A stretch of 64,000 bases of DNA. Origin: an uncultured Acidobacteriota bacterium (GTDB lineage: Bacteria > Acidobacteriota > Thermoanaerobaculia > Gp7-AA8). The notes under the pieces are model-generated. The model saw only the letters and a program-made list of their open reading frames with translations. It was not told the DNA's origin and searched no databases. The position numbers were made by a program, and so were the translations under genes. This document shows, one piece after another, positions 34,224 to 41,983 of this stretch. Position 1 is the first letter of the stretch; each line of letters starts with the position of its first letter. The DNA is taken from the NCBI GenBank assembly GCA_963822445.1, contig CAWGHO010000002.1:1856001-1920000 (forward strand), written 5' to 3'.

Positions 34224-35888
34224 CTACTTCCCGAAAACGATCTCCCCCCCCACCACCGTGTACCGCACCTTCGCCTTGAACAACTCCGTCGCCGGCATCG
34301 CGAACAAGTCGCCTTCGACGATCGTCAGGTCGGCCAGCTTTCCCGGCTCGATCGTGCCGCGCGAGCCTTCCTCGAACGCCGCGTAGGCGGCGTCGAGGGT
34401 GAAGCCGCGGATGGCTTCGGCGAGGGTCAGGCGCTGTTCGGGATACCAGCCGCCTTCCGGCCAGTTCTTCTGGTCCCGGCGGGTGACGGCGGCGTGGATG
34501 CCGAGGAAGGGATTGACCAGTTCGACGGGGAAATCGGAGCCGAGGGCGAGGCGGCCGCCGGCGTTGAGAACGGTCCGCCAGGCGTACGCGCCTTTGACCC
34601 GTTCCGGGCCGACTCGCGCTTCGGCCCAGTACATGTCCGAGGTCGCGTGCGTCGGCTGCATCGAGGCGATGATGCCGTGTTGCACGAGACGGGGCACATC
34701 GGGCGGCGAGATGACCTGAAGATGCTCGACGCGATAGCGATCGTTCGGCGCAACGCCGGCACGTGCGTAGGCATCGATGACATTGCGAACGCCGCGGTCG
34801 CCGATCGCGTGCGCATTCACCTGAAAGCCCGCCGCCTTCGCCCGTTTCGCGACGTCTTCGATGTGCTCCGGTGTGGCGATCATCAGACCGCTGTTGCCGG
34901 GATCGTCGCTGTACGGCGCGAGCAGGGCCGCGCCGCGGCTGCCTAGGGCTCCGTCGGCGTAGAGCTTCACCGAGCGGATGGTGAGGCGATCGCCGTAACC
35001 GATCAGCGGCTTCTGCGCGAACCAGGTGCCGAGGAGCGGTGCGTTGTCGCCGAGCATCGCGTACACGCGGATGGGGAAGCGCTTCTCGTCGATCAGCTCC
35101 TGCACCGCGGTGATCGTGCTGCCGTCGATGCCGGCGTCGTGGATCTCGGTGAGTCCCGTCGCGGCGATCGCCTGCGCGGCCGCGAGCACGCGCGCTTTGC
35201 GTTGCTCCTGCGTCGGCGGCGGAACGATCGAGTCGATCAGTTCCATCGCTTCGTCGATGAAGACGCCGGTCGGATTGCCGTTCGCATCGCGGAGGATCTT
35301 TCCGCCTTCCGGATCCTTCGTCGCGGCGGTGATTCCGGCGGCGCGCAACGCGGCGGTGTTCGCCAGTCCGGCGTGTCCGTCGATTCGCCGCAGCCAGACC
35401 GGATTGTTCGACACGGCGGCGTCGAGCGCGGCCGAGGTCGGGAACTCCTTCACCGGCCAGTCGTTCTGATCCCAGCCCCGTCCCAGGATCCATTCACCCG
35501 ATGCCGCTCGCGAGGCGCGTTCGCGGACTCTGTTGATCACTTCTTCATACGAGGTCGTGTCGAGCAGGCTGACCGTGTCGAGGGAGAGTCCCAGCCCGTA
35601 AAGATGGGCATGCGCGTCCGTGAGACCAGGGAGGATGGTCGCGCCGCTTACGTCGATGATCCTGGCGGACCCGTGCGTGGCGCGCAGTTGTTCTGCGGGC
35701 CCCACCGCCTTGATCACGCCGTTCTCGACATACACGGCCCAACTGTTGCGAAGGGTCTGTTCAGGTCCGGTGAGTACCTTCCCCCCTACGAAGAGGGTGC
35801 CGGTGTCCGCAGCGGTCGTCGTCACAGGTGCAGAGGTCGGTGTGCAGGCAAGCAAAGTCATCAGGAAGATTCCGGCAATTCCACGCAT
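34224..35888 (-). CDS. Amidohydrolase_3 (YtcJ-like) lipoprotein
   Basis: Lipobox LLAC; PGLTDAHAH, KLYADGALGS, HAIGD, RVEH, GSDFP. Confidence 0.9.
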   Translation of the reverse strand: MRGIAGIFLMTLLACTPTSAPVTTTAADTGTLFVGGKVLTGPEQTLRNSWAVYVENGVIKAVGPAEQLRATHGSARIIDVSGATILPGLTDAHAHLYGLGLSLDTVSLLDTTSYEEVINRVRERASRAASGEWILGRGWDQNDWPVKEFPTSAALDAAVSNNPVWLRRIDGHAGLANTAALRAAGITAATKDPEGGKILRDANGNPTGVFIDEAMELIDSIVPPPTQEQRKARVLAAAQAIAATGLTEIHDAGIDGSTITAVQELIDEKRFPIRVYAMLGDNAPLLGTWFAQKPLIGYGDRLTIRSVKLYADGALGSRGAALLAPYSDDPGNSGLMIATPEHIEDVAKRAKAAGFQVNAHAIGDRGVRNVIDAYARAGVAPNDRYRVEHLQVISPPDVPRLVQHGIIASMQPTHATSDMYWAEARVGPERVKGAYAWRTVLNAGGRLALGSDFPVELVNPFLGIHAAVTRRDQKNWPEGGWYPEQRLTLAEAIRGFTLDAAYAAFEEGSRGTIEPGKLADLTIVEGDLFAMPATELFKAKVRYTVVGGEIVFGK

Positions 35889-35934
35889 GAGCCGGAATGC
35901 TACACGCGCCAACGCTCGTTTTGCGTGTGCTCTC

Positions 35935-36594
35935 ATGAATGCACGCAACGTGATCGGGCTCACGCTTCTCCTCGCGACGACCGCAGTGGCCGACGAACGC
36001 CGCTTCACCGCGTCGGCCCTTCCCGGCGCCGGCCTGAAGAAGCCCGGCAAAGTCGTGATCACGAACACTTCCAAGGCGGTCACTGCTTACCGTTTCTTCG
36101 GAAACATTCGCGAGTCGCTCTTCACGATCCGCAGCTCGCCGCGCACCCTCACAACGAATCCCTACGGCAAGGTTGTCTTCGATTCGAGCGCCGGCTTCGC
36201 CGCGCCGAAGCACCTCACCGCCGTGATTCAGGAAGCGTCGCGCCAGCACGGCGTCGATCCCCGTCTCGTCGCGGCCGTCGTTCGGCGCGAGTCAGCGTGG
36301 AACGAGGCGGCTGTCTCGCCGGTCGGCGCGTGCGGTCTCATGCAGCTCATGCCCGCCACCGCCCGTTTCCTCGGCGTCAACAACATCTTCGACGCCCGCG
36401 AGAACGTCTTCGGTGGAACGCGCTACCTGCGCACGCTGCTCGACACGTTCAACGGCGATCTCGATCTCGCGCTTGCCGCGTACAACGCCGGTCCGGGAGC
36501 GGTGGCAAAGTATCGCGGCGTGCCGCCGTACAGCGAGACCAAGGCTTACGTGGCGGCCGTGCGCGGAACGTACGAAGCAGCGCTTCGCCAGTAA
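35935..36594 (+). CDS. Lytic transglycosylase (SLT domain)
   Basis: RES catalytic motif, GLMQLMP, ALAAYNAGP, VPPYSET. Confidence 0.92.
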   Translation: MNARNVIGLTLLLATTAVADERRFTASALPGAGLKKPGKVVITNTSKAVTAYRFFGNIRESLFTIRSSPRTLTTNPYGKVVFDSSAGFAAPKHLTAVIQEASRQHGVDPRLVAAVVRRESAWNEAAVSPVGACGLMQLMPATARFLGVNNIFDARENVFGGTRYLRTLLDTFNGDLDLALAAYNAGPGAVAKYRGVPPYSETKAYVAAVRGTYEAALRQ

Positions 36595-36598
36595 CGCG

Positions 36599-37081
36599 TC
36601 ACTCGGAATACCACTCCGAGATCGCGCTCACCACGCCCTTCCTCATGAAGATGCTCGTGTGCCGCGCGCATCCCTCGCTGACTCGGCAGATGAAGAAGTA
36701 CTCCGTGTCCCCGAGCCGTTTCTGATCCGCCTCGGGCGCCGCTGAGGCGTCCGGACGTCCAAGCCGCTCGACGATGCCGGGACTCGTTTGACCGAGCTCG
36801 ATTCCTGACCGCGCGCGCACGTCGATCTGCGGTCCTTGCTCCGGACGTTTGCACGGCGGTTCGGCGGCGAGCGTCACCCGCCACGGTTTCCTGTCCTTTT
36901 TGTCGATGGAAATCGCCAGATACCGGTCCGCGGAAAGCGCGTAACAGCCTTCCGATTTCAAGCCCGCAAACTGCTCCTGCAGCGTGGCCAGCGGTGTTTC
37001 CGCGAGCTGGTCCAGGTAGATCGGGTCGGCGGCGCGCGCACTCGTTGCCGTGAGAACCAGCAGCGCGACCGCGAGTCTCAT
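36599..37081 (-). CDS. Hypothetical secreted protein
   Basis: Signal peptide MRLAVALLVLTATSARA; 4 Cys; coupled to nadK stop. Confidence 0.7.
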   Translation of the reverse strand: MRLAVALLVLTATSARAADPIYLDQLAETPLATLQEQFAGLKSEGCYALSADRYLAISIDKKDRKPWRVTLAAEPPCKRPEQGPQIDVRARSGIELGQTSPGIVERLGRPDASAAPEADQKRLGDTEYFFICRVSEGCARHTSIFMRKGVVSAISEWYSE

Positions 37082-37965
37082 CCTTCGCCCCACTTCAACT
37101 TGGTGCGCAGCACGTCGAAGTAATTCTTTTCCGGGGACTGAACGAGCAGCACGCGCTCGTCGGACTTGCGGACGCAGACGCGATCCTTGTCGCTGATCTC
37201 GAAGCCTTCCTGGCCGTCGAGGGTCAGCCAGATGTCTTTGGCGTCGGGCGTCAAGAGGCCGATCTCGATGTCCAGTTCGTCCGGCAGAACGATGGGGCGG
37301 TTGGTGAGCATGTGCGGGCAGATCGGCGTGAGCACGAGCGCGCCCATGGTCGGATAGATGATCGGGCCGCCCGCGGACAGGTTGTAGGCCGTCGATCCTG
37401 TCGGCGTGCAGACGATCATCCCGTCGCCGCGGAACGTGGAGACGAACAGACCGGCGACGCTGACCCGCATCTCGATGATCCGGGCCACGGCGCTTTTATT
37501 GATGGCCGCGTCGTTGAGGACGCGATAGCGGCGGCTTGCATCGCGATCCGGTCCGCTGACCGAGACGGTGAAGGTGACCCGCGGCTCGACCTCGTAGTCG
37601 CCTTCGAGCACGCGATCGAGAACGGTCGGGAACTCCTCGACGCGAATCTCGGTGAGAAAGCCGAGCGTGCCCATGTTCACGCCGACGATCGGCACGTGTG
37701 CCGGAGCATGCCGCGCGATGGAGAGCAGCGTGCCGTCACCGCCGAAGGTGATCAGCAGGTCGCAGTGTTTCCCCAGCTCGGACTTCGGCACGGACTGCTC
37801 GTTTCCGTCCAGGTAGCCGGCTGTGTCGTCGTCGAAGATGACTGTGAATCCGCGGCCGCGCAGGTCGTTCGCGATCTGCTGCGCGTACGCGAGTGCCGGT
37901 TCGGCGGTGGTTTTTGCGGCCAGTCCAATCGTGCGCATGTCGTGTCGGGCCGCAGCGGAAGTCAT
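37078..37965 (-). CDS. nadK: NAD(+) kinase
   Basis: GGDGT, GTLGFL, LND, TPTGSTAYNLSAGG. Confidence 0.95.
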   Translation of the reverse strand: MTSAAARHDMRTIGLAAKTTAEPALAYAQQIANDLRGRGFTVIFDDDTAGYLDGNEQSVPKSELGKHCDLLITFGGDGTLLSIARHAPAHVPIVGVNMGTLGFLTEIRVEEFPTVLDRVLEGDYEVEPRVTFTVSVSGPDRDASRRYRVLNDAAINKSAVARIIEMRVSVAGLFVSTFRGDGMIVCTPTGSTAYNLSAGGPIIYPTMGALVLTPICPHMLTNRPIVLPDELDIEIGLLTPDAKDIWLTLDGQEGFEISDKDRVCVRKSDERVLLVQSPEKNYFDVLRTKLKWGEG

Positions 37966-39005
37966 GCCGGGGTCGCCGTGACGCGGCGGACCTCGTCCGG
38001 TCCGACCACGATCCGCTCGCCGGCGCGCTCCGGTCCGACGAAGAGAATCGGGTGCAGAACTTTCTCGATGATCGCTCGCAATGCTCTTGCTCCGAGGTGC
38101 TGTTTGCGGGCGGCGCTGGCGATTTCGTAGAGCGCGTCGCGGCTGAACTCGAGCTGGATCTGGTCGAGCGCGCAGAGGCGCTGGTACTCGGGAATCATGG
38201 CCTCGCGCGGCTCGGTGAGGATCGACACCAGCTCGTCGGGCGTGAGCTCGTCGAGCTCCACGCGCACCGGCAGCCGCCCGAGAAGCTCGGGCAGGAAGCC
38301 GTATTTGACGAGGTCGTCGGTGGTCACTTCATCGGAGCGGCCGGCGTTGTTGTCGAAGAAGCCGACGCTCTTCCCTTCGCCGGGATCGTCCATGTCCGAG
38401 AAGGAACCTGCGCAGATGAAAAGGATGTTGGAGATGTCGATCTCGACGTAGTCGTACTTGTTCCAGTGGGCGGTGACGTTCATCGGCACAAACAGCTTGT
38501 CCCCTTCGAGGATCTTGAGCAGCGACTGCTGCACGCCCTCGCCGCCGATGTCGCGCTGCCCCGCGCCGGTGCGCGCGCCGCCATTGCGCCGCGCGATTTT
38601 GTCGATCTCGTCGATGAAGACGATGCCGTTCTCTGCGGCGTCGACGTTCTGATTGGTGGCGAAGAGCAGGCGTCCGATCGCCACTTCGACGTCTTCACCG
38701 TAGTAACCGGCTTCGGTGAACGCGGTGGCGTCGTTGTACGCGAAGGGGACGTCGAGGATCTTCGCCAGCGTGCGCGCGAGATAGGTTTTGCCGCAGCCGG
38801 ACGGTCCGATCATCAGAATGTTCGACTTGCGGATGGAGACCTCGCCGCCGAACTTGAGGTACTCGATGCGCTTGAGATGGTTGTAGGCCGCGATGGCCAG
38901 AACCTCTTTGGCGTGGCGCTGCCCGACGACGTACTGATCGAGCTGTTCGAAGATGCGCCGCGGTGTGACGTGGAGGAAGCGGTAGATCTCGCGCTTTTCC
39001 TTCAT
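37962..39005 (-). CDS. ClpX-like AAA+ ATPase lacking the N-terminal zinc-binding domain
   Basis: [40 protein letters not shown] loop, LGARALR. Confidence 0.88.
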   Translation of the reverse strand: MKEKREIYRFLHVTPRRIFEQLDQYVVGQRHAKEVLAIAAYNHLKRIEYLKFGGEVSIRKSNILMIGPSGCGKTYLARTLAKILDVPFAYNDATAFTEAGYYGEDVEVAIGRLLFATNQNVDAAENGIVFIDEIDKIARRNGGARTGAGQRDIGGEGVQQSLLKILEGDKLFVPMNVTAHWNKYDYVEIDISNILFICAGSFSDMDDPGEGKSVGFFDNNAGRSDEVTTDDLVKYGFLPELLGRLPVRVELDELTPDELVSILTEPREAMIPEYQRLCALDQIQLEFSRDALYEIASAARKQHLGARALRAIIEKVLHPILFVGPERAGERIVVGPDEVRRVTATPA

Positions 39006-39040
39006 CAGGCGCCCGGGGCTGAGGATAGCACGGCGTTTTC

Positions 39041-39085
39041 GTCAAACCCCCTTTACACCGCCCTCCCACGTCAAAAGTTTTTGAC
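39041..39085. promoter_or_regulatory. Paired GTCAAA-N5-TTKAC sites (candidate activator binding sites)
   Basis: Perfect inverted repeat GTCAAAA-GT-TTTTGAC at 39070-39085 and a weaker copy at 39041-39056. Confidence 0.5.
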
Positions 39086-39139
39086 AACCCTCAAAAGCTC
39101 AAACCACTGAATCCACGCAACTTAACTCCTGACACCCCA

Positions 39140-39155
39140 TGGCGGCCAGCTTGAA
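39140..39155 (+). promoter_or_regulatory. Sigma54-like -24/-12 promoter upstream of comEA
   Basis: TGGCGGCCAGCTTGAA has the spacing of TGGCAC-N5-TTGCW. Confidence 0.5.
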
Positions 39156-39313
39156 CTATGGCTCCCGCGAAAGGAGGTGGTTCGGTAGGAAAAAGCGAAA
39201 CGTGAAACCGGGACTTGGTCCGAGACAGACGGTTCAGTGTGGAACGAAAAACCAAGAGTCGAAACAACAACAACACAAACAAACAACCTGAAAAACGAAA
39301 GGAGATAAGACCC

Positions 39314-39685
39314 ATGCGGAAGTCCCTCTACATTGTCTTTGTCACTCTCATGCTCGCGGTGAGCTCGATCGCGCTCGCCGAGGAGGCCTCGCCGGCTGCT
39401 GGATCCCAGCAGGGTGTGGTCAACATCAACACCGCCGATGCCGCGCAGCTCTCGCTCCTCCCGCGCGTCGGTGAAAAGGCCGCCCAGCGGATCATCGAGT
39501 ACCGCACGCAGAACGGCCCCTTCAAGAAGACCAGCGATCTGATGCAGGTCAAAGGCTTCGGCGCCAAGACCTTCGAGCGCCTGGCCCCCTACATCTCCCT
39601 CTCCGGTCAGACCACTCTCGCCAAGAAGATCGCCAGCCCGCGCAAGCCGCGCGCGAAGAAGCCCACCGCCACGGCGTCGAACTAG
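39314..39685 (+). CDS. comEA: ComEA-like helix-hairpin-helix DNA-binding protein
   Basis: Signal peptide; VNINTA, LPRVGEKAAQRIIEYR, GPF, VKGFG; Lys-rich tail. Confidence 0.88.
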   Translation: MRKSLYIVFVTLMLAVSSIALAEEASPAAGSQQGVVNINTADAAQLSLLPRVGEKAAQRIIEYRTQNGPFKKTSDLMQVKGFGAKTFERLAPYISLSGQTTLAKKIASPRKPRAKKPTATASN

Positions 39686-39710
39686 ACGCCGCCCTCCACC
39701 CAACCCACCT

Positions 39711-39741
39711 GGGGCGGCCGCGCGGCGCGGCCGCCCCTTTT
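39711..39741 (+). terminator. Hairpin/terminator between comEA and fimT
   Basis: GGGGCGGCCGCG-CGG-CGCGGCCGCCCC-TTTT. Confidence 0.75.
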
Positions 39742-39774
39742 CCCAACCCCGCAAACCAACAGAAGGAGAGACGT

Positions 39775-40368
39775 GTGTCTGAACGCCCCCGCAACGGCTA
39801 CACCCTCATCGAGCTCCTCACCGTCGTCGCACTCGTCGGCCTCTTCGCCGGCATCACTTTTCCGGCATTCGTCAACATGCAGCGGCGCGCGGCCCTGCGT
39901 GCGGCGGCCGGACAACTGCGCTCCATCTTTCATCTGGCCCGCTCGCGCGCACTGCAGCGCGGCTCCAACACCGGCGTGAAGTTCTTCCAGGCCGAAGGGA
40001 CGTGGCAGTACGCCATCTACGACGACGGCGATGGCGACGGCGTTCGCAACGACGACATCGATCGCCGCGTCGACAGGCGCGTGACTCTGCCGCGCCGCGC
40101 TCTGCCCGAATCGAAGATCGTGACCATCGGCCTGATGCGCCAGCCCATCAAGGATCCGGACGGCGATCGACTGCTGCCGGGCGCGTCCCCCGTTCACTTC
40201 AACCGCTCGGCGATCTGCTCCTTCACTCCGCTCGGCGAATCGACGCCCGGCACGATCTACATCACCGACCGCGGCGACGAGCTCTACGCGGTGCGCGTTT
40301 TCGGCGCGACCGCGAAAGTCCGCACGCTGCGTTACGACGCGGCCTCGCGCACCTGGAGGAACCGGTGA
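39775..40368 (+). CDS. GspH/FimT family minor (pseudo)pilin
   Basis: Prepilin motif G/YTLIELL, ARSRA, C-terminal FTPLG...GTIYI. Confidence 0.85.
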   Translation: MSERPRNGYTLIELLTVVALVGLFAGITFPAFVNMQRRAALRAAAGQLRSIFHLARSRALQRGSNTGVKFFQAEGTWQYAIYDDGDGDGVRNDDIDRRVDRRVTLPRRALPESKIVTIGLMRQPIKDPDGDRLLPGASPVHFNRSAICSFTPLGESTPGTIYITDRGDELYAVRVFGATAKVRTLRYDAASRTWRNR

Positions 40369-40373
40369 GAGCC

Positions 40374-41969
40374 TCACGCGCCCGCGCGGCGCACCACCAC
40401 CCGTTCCGCCTCGTACGTCTGAATCGCCGAGAGCGTGCTGCGGCGCAGCGCCTCGTCGGTGAAGGCGTCCGTGATCACCGCGCCATCCATGTCCCGGCCG
40501 ACCGGCAGTCCCGCGGCGTAGAGAATCGTGGGCACGACGTCGACCACGTAGGCGACGCGCGGATTCTCGCGATGGGTCACGCCCTCGCCGCGAACGAGCA
40601 GGAATCCATCGTCCGCGCCGGGATCGTCGCGCGTCACCGCGCGCATGGCGAAGGACCAGGCATCGGCCGGCAACTCCGGAGGCGTGACAGCGGTGGGCGA
40701 GCAGAGGACCAGCAGATGGCCGGGATGCTCGAGCGCGATTTCCGCCACCATCCGGTCGAGCTGCTGCACGTACGCTCGAACGGCCTGCCCCTTCATCGAC
40801 GTCTTCGGCGGCAGCTCGTTCGAGTAGATGTGCAGCGCGCGCTGGGCGCGCTCGAATCCATCCAGCGCCACCGCGGTGAATGCGGATCCTCCGTCCACCG
40901 CCGCGGCTGCGGCGAGATCGCGCTCGAGCTCCTGCAGCACGATCGCTTTCGCGGCTCCCGCGGCGTTGAAACGATCGGCGGCTTCTCCCACGCCGACGGC
41001 AGGACGCGCCGTCGTCGAAACCGCGTTCCAGCGCACGACCTTCGCGCTCAGCTGCAGACGCTGGAAGAGCTCCCACACCGGCAACGCCTCACCGGCCGGA
41101 AGCGGCGCGGAGATGCGCTCGACCGGCGGAACGAGGCCCCACGCGCGAAAGCCGACGCCGCTGGGCAGCAGCAGGAAGGGATCGTTGCGATTGAGCGGCG
41201 TGCGATACGAGAAGCGTCCGGTCACGCCGTGCCGGTATGGCAGCTTCCCGGTCGCCAGCGAAGCCCACAGCGACTTGGTACTCGTGGTCGGGAAGGGCTC
41301 GAGCCGGGCGAAGTAGGCGCGGTCGGTCACCTCTTCGAAGAAGGGCAGCGATCCCTCGCCCTTCATCGTCACGATCCAGTCGTACGGCAGATTGCGGATG
41401 GCCACGAGGATCACCGGCCGGTGCCCCGCCACTGCGCCGATCGTCGCTACGACGACATTTTTTCGCTCGGTCCGATAGCTCTCGCGGCGCTGGTAGAGAA
41501 AGAACGACGAGAGCGCGATCAGTACGACGCCGCCCATGAAGATCGCGCGCGAGATCCGCTTGCCGGCGTTGCGCTCGACGACCCACAGCGCGAGCAGCAG
41601 AAACGCCGTGACGGTGATGGCCGTGGTGGCCTTCGACAGGATGCGCACCGCGCCGATGGGCAGGTAGATGCGCACGACCTCGAGGTGAATCCAGTAGATC
41701 AAAGAGGAGACGAACGCCGCGGCCACGACGAAGCCGAAGCCGTACGTACGAACCGCATCGCCGAAAAGGCGCACCCGCAGCGCCCGCAATCCCCACAGCA
41801 CGGAGCCGAAGAGCAGGCCGCAGATGAGGCCGTACACGATGGTCACCGTGGCCAGGCGGCCCGGCGTGATCTCCACCTGCGGGTTGAGGAAGTACAGCAG
41901 GTGAGCCATGTACAGGCCGAAGATCGCGCCGGCGAGAACGCGTTTGAGATAGCCCCAGCGGATCTGCAT
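40374..41969 (-). CDS. Membrane-anchored alkaline phosphatase/NPP superfamily protein
   Basis: About 5 N-terminal TMs; WASLATGK, HGVTG, DGF, VDVVPTILYAAGLP..MDG. Confidence 0.8.
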   Translation of the reverse strand: MQIRWGYLKRVLAGAIFGLYMAHLLYFLNPQVEITPGRLATVTIVYGLICGLLFGSVLWGLRALRVRLFGDAVRTYGFGFVVAAAFVSSLIYWIHLEVVRIYLPIGAVRILSKATTAITVTAFLLLALWVVERNAGKRISRAIFMGGVVLIALSSFFLYQRRESYRTERKNVVVATIGAVAGHRPVILVAIRNLPYDWIVTMKGEGSLPFFEEVTDRAYFARLEPFPTTSTKSLWASLATGKLPYRHGVTGRFSYRTPLNRNDPFLLLPSGVGFRAWGLVPPVERISAPLPAGEALPVWELFQRLQLSAKVVRWNAVSTTARPAVGVGEAADRFNAAGAAKAIVLQELERDLAAAAAVDGGSAFTAVALDGFERAQRALHIYSNELPPKTSMKGQAVRAYVQQLDRMVAEIALEHPGHLLVLCSPTAVTPPELPADAWSFAMRAVTRDDPGADDGFLLVRGEGVTHRENPRVAYVVDVVPTILYAAGLPVGRDMDGAVITDAFTDEALRRSTLSAIQTYEAERVVVRRAGA

Positions 41970-41983
41970 CGCAGGAGCCGCCT

